Of a stretch of 64,000 nucleotides of DNA, positions 19,432 to 30,122 are shown piece after piece. Within the stretch, counting starts at the first letter, position 1. Each line of letters starts with the position of its first letter. The notes below the pieces were generated by a model, which did not search any database, was not told where the DNA came from, and saw nothing but the letters and a program-made list of their open reading frames with translations. Source of the stretch: an uncultured delta proteobacterium (lineage in GTDB: Bacteria; Desulfobacterota; Desulfobacteria; Desulfobacterales; UBA11574); contig CAWBNO010000034.1 of assembly GCA_963790095.1 (NCBI GenBank), positions 180,681 through 244,680 of the forward strand. The letters are read 5' to 3'. The translations under genes and the position numbers were made by a program.

Positions 19432-19899
19432 TTATTTCTTTTTTCGATCCCATCCCCAGTTTTCATAATATTCCCAACTGGCCATGGCATTCAACTCTTT
19501 AATTTGATGATCTTGTTCCATCAGACTTGTCCTGAGAACGTCCCCGATGGAAAGAAGGCCGATGTATCGCCCATTCTTTTCAACGATAATGTGACGTATA
19601 AATAACCCAAGAAACATTTCTTTGATTTTTAGAAGCGGCGCGTTGTGCCGGGTCGTATACAGATGGGTGGTCATATGGTCGCCAACCAGTTCCCGGTCCG
19701 GGTTAAATCCCGGAAGATTAATATTGTGCAGCAAGTCGCGTTCTGTCCATATCCCGAGAATTTTCCTTTCTTTTTTAACAAGTATGGCACCGATGTTATT
19801 GTCCGTCATCGTATGGATCGCCTCCCGGATGGTACGATCCGGAGAAATACAGACCATCTCTCGATTTTTATTTTTTAAAATGTCTTCCGCAGTTTTCAT
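19432..19899 (-). CDS. CBS domain pair protein
   Basis: 155 aa with two CBS-like units (REAIHTMTDNNIGAILV... and ...FIRHIIVEKNGRYIGLLSIGDVL). Confidence 0.8.
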   Translation of the reverse strand: MKTAEDILKNKNREMVCISPDRTIREAIHTMTDNNIGAILVKKERKILGIWTERDLLHNINLPGFNPDRELVGDHMTTHLYTTRHNAPLLKIKEMFLGLFIRHIIVEKNGRYIGLLSIGDVLRTSLMEQDHQIKELNAMASWEYYENWGWDRKKK

Positions 19900-20148
19900 T
19901 TGTACCTCCTCTCATGGAGAAGCATCAGATTTTTTTGGATCGAGTTCGGTTAAAGACGCCTCAAAACAATGTTTCGGAATTCCATGCGACGAATAATTGA
20001 TGAAGGCCTGGGCAATTCGAACTTATCTTATCTGTTTATAATAAGCACCATCGGCCTTATGGCAATATGAACAGCATTTAGCGACATGGGTTTGCCAGGG
20101 CGAAGACACATTTGCCAATGGGGATAACGATCCCTCAATTAAGATTTT

Positions 20149-20362
20149 GTAACTGTTCAGGGGGTGCGCTCCCCCGCTTCACTCCGGTGTCTACGTGTCT
20201 GGTCATTTCAATGACTTAGCAGCGGGGGCATTCCTGCCCCCTCCCCGTTCTCCCGCAAAAAGCATGCGGGAGCCGCGGTCTCCCCCACTGCTAAGTCATT
20301 GAAATAACGAAGCCACTCCGCCAATATCGTTACTCGGGGAAGCACACCCCCTGAACAGTTAC
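20149..20362. mobile_element. 214-bp nested palindromic MITE-like element
   Basis: A perfect 18-bp TIR: GTAACTGTTCAGGGGGTG (20149-20166) / CACCCCCTGAACAGTTAC (20345-20362). An inner ~24-bp IR lies at 20203-20228 / 20282-20305, and a central hairpin CTCCCGC-N9-GCGGGAG at 20250-20272. AGATTTT flanks both sides (20142-20148 and 20364-20370). Confidence 0.75.
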
Positions 20363-21935
20363 GAGATTTTGATCGAAAATATATCGGTCAGATATACAGT
20401 AGGAGGTTGCGGTTCCGGTGAAATGTATAAGTTCGGGCAAAGAAATCCTCTGGTTAAAACCGCCCAGATGCGGGCCGGTCATCAGGGTTATGTCCTCTAT
20501 ACCTTTGGGCATATCACCGATGCGGTCCCCGGAAATTCCGCGCTTCAATAAAAAATCACTGAATTCGTCGTCGCTCATGTCCTGCTGATCCATAGCTCTG
20601 AAAATCTCCTCCATGTATTGATCGACGCCGAATTCATCGATGGCGCGTAAAACGAACGTATCGAAATCGATGGGTAGACGATCTTCGGTTTTTCTCTGGG
20701 TGAACCCTTCATAATAGGCGTTAAACGTCGCCTCTATCAGTTCCCGCATTGAATTCGGACAGAAAAGGTTCCGTGTATCTACAGGCGCCCCTTTTTGGTC
20801 AAAACCTGCCTGTTCAGGATGGTGATTGCGAAAATAACTGGCACATATAAGGACCAGGCTTATGAAATGATTTCCAATGAGCCGGTAATACCGGGAAGAA
20901 GATCCGGACACCGTCTCGAGGTGCTCGAAATCTCTGATACCCGATTTTCCCAGGTTTGGATAACGGCATGACAGTAACCATCTATCCAGCCTCCCCCCTG
21001 GGCCATTCATAATATCCGCCGTCGTTCCGCCGGTGCCGTTGTATCCGATTGTGAAAAAGAGGGACCGGCGCTGTGTGAACGATGCCCATGGCGGCAAGCC
21101 TTCCCAGAAGCCAGGCGTTCCGCCCCATAACCTCCATAAAATTTTTCCAATCAAGGCGCGGTTCATCGGGCAGCGGATTCGGATAAACAAAATAATCGGA
21201 ATGGACTTTAAATCCGATGGCGGTGTCCATACGTTCCGGCATTTTATTTTTCAGCCGGTCCGGAACATCCGTAAGTCTGAACAGATACGTTTTTCCGAAC
21301 CTGAACGGTGTCGGCATTTCGAATCTCATGGAAAATTCGGACTTAACCGTCTGCAAATATGCCATCCATGATGCCTCACGATTCAAGGCAGCGTTCTCGG
21401 AATCGGATCGTGAGCATTTTATGACCAACAAAAGATCGTTGGTGAGAGAGAACACAAGACTCCGGCCGATACCTTTCATGTGGCAGCGTGGGTTCAAACC
21501 GCTTTTTTTGCAAAAATCATCCCAGCAGATCGCCGAAACTTTTCGAAGGGTCTCCTCGTTCAAAGACGGCCCGGTTATCTTCAGGGGAAGCGAGCCCAAA
21601 GCCTCGGCCGCCGCCCGGTGTGAAGGGCCCACACAATCCGCGACAATATGTTTGAGATGTTCGATGGATTTTGCCACCAGGTGCCGATCTTCACAGACGG
21701 AGGCAAGAAAAAGGAGGGTTTTTGCCGCTTTTCTGTATAAAAAATAGGACTGTCTCTGGGATTCGTGGACCCTGTTCCGAATTACATTGTGCAACGCATC
21801 CACCGTTCTCGATGATGCCAAAGAAGCGTTTTCACTGAGATCGTATTCAAGCCTGGAAACCGCCATATATGTGGCTGAAAAGTCCTGGCACGAGTTCAAT
21901 AAATAATTTTCATACCCCACAAGATCTTGGTGCAT
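20330..21935 (-). pseudogene. Frameshifted gene for a ~534-aa hypothetical protein with a possible protein-kinase-like core
   Basis: ORFs 20982..21935 and 20330..21190 overlap in different frames. The combined span is 1606 nt (3n+1). Removing one C from the C6 run at 20993-20998 joins ...NDGGYYEWPRG to RLDRWLLSCRYPNLGKSG... The last codons and the stop lie inside the 20149-20362 repeat. Confidence 0.6.
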
Positions 21936-22133
21936 TGTCCCGCTCCTTATTCAGCCCGGTTTCACCTCCATATGGAGGCATCATTGCCCATATCAATTTT
22001 TACCGCCCAGTTCAATAGACCGTCTTCAATAATCCAGGGTGAACGCATTTGAATCCCATTAGAGAGAGAACGCTTCACGACGGCGTATATCTCTGAGACC
22101 TTTGCAAAACGCCCCTTTTTGCCCAACTTGTGC

Positions 22134-23564
22134 TTAAGGCTTCCTGAGGTCGATAATTTCAATCCGGTTGTTTCCCTGGGGGAATTTGGGCGAAGGCCCT
22201 GTGGACAACACCACGAAATTTCCCTCCACCCCGTGTGAGGTTAGCCAGCTTCTGGCAAACTCGTTCCAGGACTCCGGTGGGTCGGGCTCATGTACCGGGT
22301 AAATACCATAAGAGAATGAAAGGTGTTGGCAGACGGCCTCATCAGCGGTCACCGCCGCAATCCAAACCGGCAGTCTGAACCGGGTGATACTCCTCGCGGT
22401 TCCACCGCTCAGGCTGGGGACAAGAACCAGGGCTGGAGAAACATGCTCGACAATGTTCTCGACGCTCATGGTGAGAAGATTCCTCACGCTGACATCGCCC
22501 TTTCGGTTATATTCTCTTAGAATTTCCCTGACCTTATAACTGGGCCGACTGGGCTCGGTTGCAGCTGCGATCTTGACGAGCATTTCCACAGATTCCACCG
22601 GATACTTTCCCACAGCGGATTCTCCGGACAGCATAACGCAGTCTGTGCCATCGAGGATGGCGTTGGCCACATCCGTAGACTCCGCCCGGGTGGGTCGCCG
22701 GTTATGGGTCATGGACTCCAACATCTGGGTGGCAGTAATCACCGGTTTACCCTCGATGTTCGCCATGTGTATCAGTTTTTTTTGATCCATGGCGATCCGT
22801 TCGATGGGTATTTCAACGCCCAGATCACCCCGGGCGACCATGATACCGTCGGCAGCTTGGAGAATTCCATCCAGTCGAGCTTTGGGTATCGAACGTTCGA
22901 TCTTGGCGATAACGAAGGGATGGTAGCTCATACCTGCCCCGGCGTTGCGGACGGCGTCAATATCTGCTGCCGACTCGACAAAGGATTGGCTCACCACATC
23001 GATACCCTGTTCCCCGGCGAATTTGAGACATTCGTAGTCCCGATCCGTAAAGGCGCTGACGCCGAGGTCGATGTCCGGCATGTTAAGCCCTTTGTGCGAC
23101 AATAGTTCGCCGCCGACCACGATCCGACAATGAACGTCCTTTGCTTCGGTTGAAATCACCTGTATTTGAATGTAACCATCATTCAGGTACAAAATATCGC
23201 CGGGTTTCACGACCTGGGGCAAACCGGAAAAGGATACGGAAACCCTTTGAGAGTCTCCGGTTATCTGTTCCGTAGTAAGGGTAAGCGTGTCCCCAGACTT
23301 CAAATCAATCGGCTCATGAGCGAGCTGGCCGATACGCATCTTGGGTCCAGGAAGATCGCCCATGACGGCGATCCGTTTCCCGACGTTGCGCGATGCGGCA
23401 CGGATATTTTCGATCACTTTCTTGTGGCCTACAAAATCGCCGTGTGAGAAGTTGAGGCGTGCCACGTTCATTCCGGCCCAAATCATTTGTTCGATGACCT
23501 CCACCGACTGGGAAGCCGGTCCTAAAGTGCAGATGATCTTGGTTTTGTTGGGCGGAATCTTCAT
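22134..23564 (-). CDS. pyk: Pyruvate kinase
   Basis: 476 aa with KIICTLGPAS, ARLNFSHG, MVARGDLGVEIP and LSGESA. Confidence 0.95.
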   Translation of the reverse strand: MKIPPNKTKIICTLGPASQSVEVIEQMIWAGMNVARLNFSHGDFVGHKKVIENIRAASRNVGKRIAVMGDLPGPKMRIGQLAHEPIDLKSGDTLTLTTEQITGDSQRVSVSFSGLPQVVKPGDILYLNDGYIQIQVISTEAKDVHCRIVVGGELLSHKGLNMPDIDLGVSAFTDRDYECLKFAGEQGIDVVSQSFVESAADIDAVRNAGAGMSYHPFVIAKIERSIPKARLDGILQAADGIMVARGDLGVEIPIERIAMDQKKLIHMANIEGKPVITATQMLESMTHNRRPTRAESTDVANAILDGTDCVMLSGESAVGKYPVESVEMLVKIAAATEPSRPSYKVREILREYNRKGDVSVRNLLTMSVENIVEHVSPALVLVPSLSGGTARSITRFRLPVWIAAVTADEAVCQHLSFSYGIYPVHEPDPPESWNEFARSWLTSHGVEGNFVVLSTGPSPKFPQGNNRIEIIDLRKP

Positions 23565-23747
23565 AGACCCTTTCCTCCAATTTTAAAGTAAACACTTATT
23601 CTTCAAACCGCTCAACGGGCAGGTAAATCGTGACATCTCTCTGAACCAATGGGAAGGGTTATTTTACAATGAGATGGAACGGACGCTGGGACAAGGAATA
23701 TTCTTCATTTTTTAATGGGGAAACCGGCGGAAAAACGGTCCCTTATT

Positions 23748-24632
23748 TTACGATCCCTTAACATGGTGACGGATGAGGCCTTCCTGGTTCACCGAGGCAA
23801 CAAGCTTTCCGCCTTGGGTGAAAACTTGCCCGTGATTCAATCCTTTGGCCCGGCTGGCGCTGGAACTCTTGATAACGTACAAAAGCCATTGGTCCATTCT
23901 AAAATCCCGGTGGAACCACAAGGCGTGATCCAGGCTGGCGACTTGTATATTCGGCGCCCAATAACTATGGCCGTGTGGGTAAAGGGAAGTGTCAACCAGT
24001 CCGAAATCAGATGCATAGGCCAGCATATACTGGTGCACTTTCGGATCATCGGGCATCCTGTCAATGGCCTTGAACCATATGTACTTCACCGGGTCCCTTT
24101 TTTCCGGAGCAAAGGGGTTGATGGGATTCACCGGTCTCAACTCGATGGGCTTTTTGCACAGGATTTTATCTCGAATCGAATCCGGTATCTTGTCCGCCAG
24201 CTTCAAGGCGAGTTCCAGCTCCGATTCTAAACCCTCAGGCCCGACAACCTCCGGCGCCTTGTCTTGATGATCGAATCCGGGCTCGTCGATTTGAAACGAT
24301 GCCGCCATACTGAATATTGCGCGGCCCTTCTGTATGGCCACCACGCGGCGGGTGGTAAAACTTTTTCCTTCCCGGATGGCGTCGACTTCATAAACGATGG
24401 GCTTGGTCACATCTCCCATTCGGAGAAAATAGGCATGAAGGCTGTGGGCTTTCCGATCCGGCGGTATGGTTTCATAAGCGGCGGACAGGGCCTGGCCCAG
24501 CACCTGACCCCCAAACACGCTGCCAAAACCCAGATCCTGGCTCTGGCCCCGGAAAATGTTCTCTTCTATTTTTTCCAATATTAGAAGCTGCAACAATTCT
24601 TCTAATACGTTGTCCTCGGTACAAACACCCAT
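23748..24632 (-). CDS. tesB: Acyl-CoA thioesterase II
   Basis: 294 aa with a double hotdog fold. Contains LILEKIEENIFRGQS...VFGGQVLGQAL and SLDHALWFH. Confidence 0.88.
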   Translation of the reverse strand: MGVCTEDNVLEELLQLLILEKIEENIFRGQSQDLGFGSVFGGQVLGQALSAAYETIPPDRKAHSLHAYFLRMGDVTKPIVYEVDAIREGKSFTTRRVVAIQKGRAIFSMAASFQIDEPGFDHQDKAPEVVGPEGLESELELALKLADKIPDSIRDKILCKKPIELRPVNPINPFAPEKRDPVKYIWFKAIDRMPDDPKVHQYMLAYASDFGLVDTSLYPHGHSYWAPNIQVASLDHALWFHRDFRMDQWLLYVIKSSSASRAKGLNHGQVFTQGGKLVASVNQEGLIRHHVKGS

Positions 24633-24718
24633 GGTTCTCCTCGTTTACAGCCTTTGGTTGTTCTGGCTCCTGGGTCAAACCTACCCTATTGACATGTGAA
24701 GGATGTCCCCGAACGCCG

Positions 24719-25402
24719 TTAAATCGCGGACCAAGGGTTGACCGACAGCCCCTGCAACAGATCCAATACCGCTAACGGCTGGTCGATAATCGCGCAGGCG
24801 CCGTTTTCCTTGAGCTCTTTTGAGGAGCGAAACCCCCAAAGCACCCCAACGGGAAACATACCCGCAGAAACCGCTGTCTTCATATCCGTCCCCGTGTCGC
24901 CAAGATAGAGAAAATTAGATGGCGGTATGGACATTTTTTTCGCGATTTCAAGGGCTCCCTGAGGATTCGGCTTACGGGGAACTGAATCGCGCTGCCCGAA
25001 AACAACATCGAAATTCCATTTTGACAGAAAGGCATCGACACAGGTTTGGGTCATGGCATCCGCTTTGTTCGACAAAATGGCAAGTTTAATGCCTTTGGCC
25101 TTCAGTCGATCCAACAAATTGGGGATGCCGAAATAGAGTTTAGTTTTTACGTTAAAATTGCAACGGTAATTTTCAACATATTCTTTCAGACAGGTATCGA
25201 TAGTTTCATCCTTGCGATGTTCTTCGGGCAATGCCCTTTCTATAAGGGTTCTCGCGCCATCTCCCACAAACTTCCGGTAAGTGTAGATGGCATGCGTTGG
25301 AAAATTTTTATTGGACAGAACCCTGTTCACAGCATCACCGATATCCTCCAGGGTGTCGATCAAGGTTCCATCCAGATCGAAAAGTACGGCTTCAAATATC
25401 AT
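24719..25402 (-). CDS. HAD-superfamily hydrolase (phosphoglycolate phosphatase-like)
   Basis: 227 aa with FDLDGTLIDT (motif I), ILSNK (motif II) and LYLGDTGTDM (motif IV). Confidence 0.8.
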   Translation of the reverse strand: MIFEAVLFDLDGTLIDTLEDIGDAVNRVLSNKNFPTHAIYTYRKFVGDGARTLIERALPEEHRKDETIDTCLKEYVENYRCNFNVKTKLYFGIPNLLDRLKAKGIKLAILSNKADAMTQTCVDAFLSKWNFDVVFGQRDSVPRKPNPQGALEIAKKMSIPPSNFLYLGDTGTDMKTAVSAGMFPVGVLWGFRSSKELKENGACAIIDQPLAVLDLLQGLSVNPWSAI

Positions 25403-25497
25403 ATTCTTTGTTACTTCATTCTTTTTTAAAAAGGTTTATTCTACTGACAATTCCAATACGATATAAACCCGATCAAAACCGCTGAATGGCCATGGGT

Positions 25498-26256
25498 TCA
25501 ACCCTCGCGGTTCATGGCGAACGGCCCCCAGGTTTGACAAACCGGCATGACCTCCAAGCGGTTAATGTTGATATGGACCGGCAGGCTTGTCACCCAGTAA
25601 ATCATTTCCGCAATATCCCCGGGAGTTATAGGCTGTGTTCCTTCGTACACTTTGGCGGCTTTTTCCCCATCTCCCTTGAAACGAACCACCGAAAACTCGG
25701 TTTCCGCCATACCGGGTTCGATATTGGTAACCCGGATGGGGGTCCCGAACAGATCGGCCCGCAAATTGAGGGAAAATTGTTTTACAAAGGCTTTGGTGGC
25801 GCCATATACATTTCCTCCCGGATACGGCCAGTTCCCGGCAACAGATCCGATGTTGACAATATGTCCTCGGTTTCGTGCCACCATGCCCGGAAGCACCGCC
25901 CGGGTGCAGTAGGTTAACCCCTTGATATTGGTGTCCACCATGGTATCCCAGTCCGAAACGTTTGCTTCATGGGCCGCTTCAAGCCCCAGCGCAAGACCGG
26001 CATTGTTCACCAGGACGTCCACATCGGAGAATTTTTCAGGGAGATGGGACAGTTCGTCGATTACCGCTTCCCGATTCCGGACATCCAGGGGTACGATGTG
26101 AACAGAAGTTTCACCCCCCAGTATTTTCTGCAATGCTTTCAATCGTTCAGTTCTTCTGGCCACTAGAACCAGCCGCCAGCCTTCTTTCACAAAGCGTCGG
26201 GCAGAGGCTTCGCCAAAACCGGATGTGCCCCCGGTAATAAGTATGATACCGCTCAT
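25498..26256 (-). CDS. SDR family NAD(P)-dependent oxidoreductase (YdfG-like)
   Basis: 252 aa with ITGGTSGFGEA (TGxxxGxG), NNAG and the YGATKAF catalytic YxxxK. Confidence 0.85.
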   Translation of the reverse strand: MSGIILITGGTSGFGEASARRFVKEGWRLVLVARRTERLKALQKILGGETSVHIVPLDVRNREAVIDELSHLPEKFSDVDVLVNNAGLALGLEAAHEANVSDWDTMVDTNIKGLTYCTRAVLPGMVARNRGHIVNIGSVAGNWPYPGGNVYGATKAFVKQFSLNLRADLFGTPIRVTNIEPGMAETEFSVVRFKGDGEKAAKVYEGTQPITPGDIAEMIYWVTSLPVHININRLEVMPVCQTWGPFAMNREG

Positions 26257-26367
26257 ACACCATCTCCTTGCAATTTGAACCGGTCAAAAGGCCCGTTCAA
26301 AATCTTTATTTCAAACCGTCCTTGAGTATAATCGATCCCACACGGTTTCGCAATACATCAAAGGCTT

Positions 26368-27924
26368 TTATAATAAATATTTGAGTGCGGTCTTTCGAAA
26401 GGACTCGATTTGGGTTTTCTGCCAATTTTTATCTTTTTTTAATTCAGCGGCCATCAATTCCGCCACCGCCGGGGCCATGTTCATGGCGGCCCGGGCGTCT
26501 AAGAATAAGACGCGGCGGCGGCGTGCCAGAAAGTCTTCGACCGTGCGCGCCATCTCGGCTTTTACCGCCCAGATCACTTCCCCGCGGATGATGGTCCCCC
26601 CGGGCAATGGCGCACCCCAGTCGGGCTCATTTTTTACCAGTCTCTGTATTTCCAGCGCGTCCGTCCCGTAATCCTTTAAATTTTCGAACTGATCGGCATG
26701 ATGGTGATACCCGTGTATCTGCAGGGTTTCGGTCACCGAGGGCCGATGGTTGAGACGGGCAAGGACGATTGCCTGGTCCACGGTCTCTTGGGCCATCTTC
26801 CGGTACGTGGTCCATTTTCCCCCGGCGATGGTTATCAGTCCGGATCGGGAAATCGACAGGGTGTGCTCCCTTGAAATAGTGGCGGTTTCAAGATTCTGTT
26901 TGGCGCTCACCAGGGGGCGAAGACCGGCAAACATGCTCAGAACATCTCCGGGTTCAGGATCTTTGGAAAGATATCGTGCGGTATGCTTTAACAGAAATTC
27001 TATTTCATGGTCCATGGGCAACGGCGCCATGGACACGTCCTCCACCGGCGTATCGGTGGTGCCCACAAGGACCCGGTGGTGCCAGGGAATCGCGAAAAGC
27101 ACCCGGCCGTCGTCGGTGTGGGGAACCATAATGGCAGTTTTTCCCGGCAGAAAAGATCTGTCCAGGACAATGTGAACCCCCTGGCTGGGCCGCATGAACG
27201 GCAGCGTCCCAGGGTCATCCATCCGGCGGATCCGGTCGCTGAATACGCCCGTAGCATTGATGACCGCCCGGGATTTCAACTCATACTCCCGGCCGCTTTC
27301 CAGATCCCGGGCAATGACGCCCTCCATCAGATCGTTTTTTTTGATCAGCTTTTCCACCGTTATGTAATTGACGAGGGCCCCCCCCTGCTCCGCCGCAGTT
27401 TGCGCCAGGTTGACAACCAGACGGGAGTCGTCGAACTGCCCGTCGTGATAGATGACCCCGCCCCGCAACCCGTCGGTTTCCACCGTTGGAATTTTCTCCA
27501 GGGTTTCTTCCTTGGACAGAATTTCCGAGGGGCCGAAGCCCTCTTTACCGGCCAGCATGTCGTAGAGTTTCAAACCGATTCCGTAAAACGGCCCTTCCCA
27601 CCAGTCATAGGTGGGAACGATGAACGGCAAATCGTGCACCAGATGGGGGGCGTTGCGCCGCAATATGCCGCGCTCCTTCAATGCCTCTAACACCAAGGCC
27701 ACATTTCCCTGCTGCAGATACCGAACGCCCCCATGGATCAATTTGGTGCTTCGACTGGAGGTCCCGGATGAAAAGTCGTTTTGCTCCAAAAGTGCGATCC
27801 GGTAGCCCCGGGAGGCGGCTTCCAGGGCAACGCCCACACCGGTGGCGCCCCCGCCGATCACAATAAAATCCCATTTCCGACCGGCATCGGCAATTCTTGC
27901 GAGCATTTCTTCTCTGTTCATCAT
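26368..27924 (-). CDS. glpD: FAD-dependent glycerol-3-phosphate dehydrogenase/oxidase
   Basis: 518 aa with DFIVIGGGATGVGVALEAASRG, SSRSTKLIHGGVRYL and GGKWTTYR. Confidence 0.9.
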   Translation of the reverse strand: MMNREEMLARIADAGRKWDFIVIGGGATGVGVALEAASRGYRIALLEQNDFSSGTSSRSTKLIHGGVRYLQQGNVALVLEALKERGILRRNAPHLVHDLPFIVPTYDWWEGPFYGIGLKLYDMLAGKEGFGPSEILSKEETLEKIPTVETDGLRGGVIYHDGQFDDSRLVVNLAQTAAEQGGALVNYITVEKLIKKNDLMEGVIARDLESGREYELKSRAVINATGVFSDRIRRMDDPGTLPFMRPSQGVHIVLDRSFLPGKTAIMVPHTDDGRVLFAIPWHHRVLVGTTDTPVEDVSMAPLPMDHEIEFLLKHTARYLSKDPEPGDVLSMFAGLRPLVSAKQNLETATISREHTLSISRSGLITIAGGKWTTYRKMAQETVDQAIVLARLNHRPSVTETLQIHGYHHHADQFENLKDYGTDALEIQRLVKNEPDWGAPLPGGTIIRGEVIWAVKAEMARTVEDFLARRRRVLFLDARAAMNMAPAVAELMAAELKKDKNWQKTQIESFRKTALKYLL

Positions 27925-28071
27925 TTTACCCCATCGTTTTAAAAAAAAGACCCGGCGCCTTTTTGATTCTTTTAATCCCCTCGAATATCGACGCCTTCCA
28001 CCAGGCGTTCAGATTTTTTTTCGGCGGCTTGTTCCACAGTCCATGGATGCCGATGATGATCTTGGCCATAT

Positions 28072-28824
28072 CTACTCAAGCTTAGCGGATCTCAGCCCCA
28101 CGGGGATCCGGGCAGGCTTCGATCCCAGAAACGACAATACCCGATCCGGATAGTTTGAAAAAACCCCGTCTACACCCAAAGCGTGCATCCGTGCGATATC
28201 TTCAGGATGATTGGCCGTGTAGACAAAAACCTTTAAATTCCGGTCATGGGCATCGTCGATGAATTCACGATTGACAAATTCGATGCTCTGGTGCACCGAA
28301 TAGGCCCCCAGATTTTCAGCAAAACGTGCGTAATCCAAAGGAACGCCAGCAATCAGAGCACCGATTCGAATTTGGGGGTCAAGCTGTCTGACAGCAGCAA
28401 TCTCATGATGATTGAACGAAGAAACTAGAATTTTTTTTACGTCCCAGTGGGTTCGAATCCTCTCCTGAATCACCGTTGCCACCCATGCCGCGGTACCCGG
28501 CACCTTCAGCTCGATGTTGATCCCGGCCCGTTCCGCTATGAGATCGAGCACTTCTTCGAGGGTGGGAATTTTCTCTCCTTGGCCGGCGTCCAGTGCCCGC
28601 AGGTATGAAAACGTTTTTTCCCATACGTACCCGCTGCCGTTGGTGGTTCGTTCGAGCCGGTTGTCGTGGATGACCATCAGATGACCCTCCACGGGATACA
28701 CGTCCACTTCCACCCAGGGGGCGCCGAGTTCCAGCGCCTTTGCAATGGACTTGAGCGTATTTTCAGGGGCATGCCCCATGGCACCCCGATGTCCGATACA
28801 CAACATAAGGCCTCCTGCAAACAT
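28072..28824 (-). CDS. Glycerophosphodiester phosphodiesterase (GDPD family)
   Basis: ORF 28072..28983 with a likely start near 28824 (MFAGGLMLCIGHRGAMGHAPENT). Contains HRG...PENT and EVDV motifs. Adjacent to glpD. Confidence 0.85.
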   Translation of the reverse strand: MFAGGLMLCIGHRGAMGHAPENTLKSIAKALELGAPWVEVDVYPVEGHLMVIHDNRLERTTNGSGYVWEKTFSYLRALDAGQGEKIPTLEEVLDLIAERAGINIELKVPGTAAWVATVIQERIRTHWDVKKILVSSFNHHEIAAVRQLDPQIRIGALIAGVPLDYARFAENLGAYSVHQSIEFVNREFIDDAHDRNLKVFVYTANHPEDIARMHALGVDGVFSNYPDRVLSFLGSKPARIPVGLRSAKLE

Positions 28825-29270
28825 GATGGACTGCCCCCATGACAGCCTCCGATTCGATGTCTTGAGAGTTGTATACATCAACAGCCTGGGATTATCAATT
28901 TTTTTGGTCATCCAGGAGAGGGAGGACGCATTTGAATCCCAATAGAAAGAGACCGCTCCACGACGGCGAATATCTCTTTCCAACCGACAGTAACTTGTGC
29001 TTGAGCACCCGTAAACCCGAGCCGTGCCAAAGTTATAAAGAACATTTCGTCCATAAAATATCCCATGGATGTTTTAAATCACAATTTCATTCGGCTCGGT
29101 CAAACGCGTGCTAAAGCCCTTCAAACAGCCCGTCGGTTTCCAAGAGAAACCCGCCGTCGCTCCGCTGTATCGAAATCAAAGGCGTTTTCTCTGCCCTCCG
29201 GGGCCATTGGGTGGGATAAGACTGCAGGATCAGCGACATCTTTAAATATGATCCACGCCTTGTTTTTTCT

Positions 29271-30014
29271 TCAAAGGTTATTTTCGAAGAGCCCTGTCAT
29301 CGCCTGGGGAATTTCCGGGGTCTCCAGGGTTTCCGGGTCTTTTCCCTTTTCAAGATGGAGTGTGAGGGCCCGGGCATGGAGCGCCAGACGGTCAAAGGCA
29401 AGATTGTGACGAAGATAGTTTACGGACCGCGTCGATCCGTAGCGCGCATCCCCCACCACCGGATGCCCGGATATTTTTGCATGGCGCCGGATCTGATGTT
29501 TCCGGCCGGTGAGGGGTTCCATTTCCACCAGGGTGTACCGGGGGCCGCGTCGGAGAATCCTGAACCGGGTCTCGCTGGGAAGCCGTCGGCTGGCGCCCTG
29601 GGGATGACGGCGTCCCCCCGCTGTTTTGGCCAAAGGCCAGTGCCATGTCCCCCATGAATCGTCGCCTTTGGGGTTTTCCAGCCGGCCGTGCAAAACCGCC
29701 ACATACCGCTTTTTGACCTGCCGGGTTTCAAACTGTTCTGAAAAAAATCGAAAGGTCTTCGGGTCGCCGGCCAGGAGGATCACCCCGCTGGTTTCCTTGT
29801 CCAGTCGATGAACCGGGTTGATCCCAAAATCGGGATCCGTATCCATCCGGCCTTGGATATCGGGTTCTTTTTGAATCAACGCGGATACCAAAGAACATAG
29901 ATCCCTGCCGGCCTGGTTGTGCACGGTAATCCCCGCAGGTTTATCCACGGCCACCCAACCTTTTCCAACGGCAATCACCGGTATCTGTGCCGAATCCCGT
30001 TCAAGGGTTGTCAT
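29271..30014 (-). CDS. RluA-family pseudouridine synthase
   Basis: 247 aa with VHRLDKETSGVILLAG (catalytic Asp motif) and KHQIRRH. Confidence 0.85.
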   Translation of the reverse strand: MTTLERDSAQIPVIAVGKGWVAVDKPAGITVHNQAGRDLCSLVSALIQKEPDIQGRMDTDPDFGINPVHRLDKETSGVILLAGDPKTFRFFSEQFETRQVKKRYVAVLHGRLENPKGDDSWGTWHWPLAKTAGGRRHPQGASRRLPSETRFRILRRGPRYTLVEMEPLTGRKHQIRRHAKISGHPVVGDARYGSTRSVNYLRHNLAFDRLALHARALTLHLEKGKDPETLETPEIPQAMTGLFENNL

Positions 30015-30122
30015 TATGGCCCCCTAAACTCATTATCGGATCTTGGCCCCCCGCATCGGCCCGGCAACGTATGGTTTTTCACCCGTTCACCCCAAACCTT
30101 GACCCGTTGAATCCTTTTGGGT

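Noticed and set aside
20330-21935. Treating 20330..21190 and 20982..21935 as two separate overlapping genes
   Set aside because: A 209-nt overlap in different frames is implausible. The second ORF has no sensible start or RBS. A single-base change in a C6/G6 run joins the two into one continuous sequence of 3n length.
28449-28465. tRNA-like GGTTCGAATCC T-loop motif
   Set aside because: It lies inside the GDPD coding sequence. The flanks do not form a T-stem, acceptor stem or anticodon arm.
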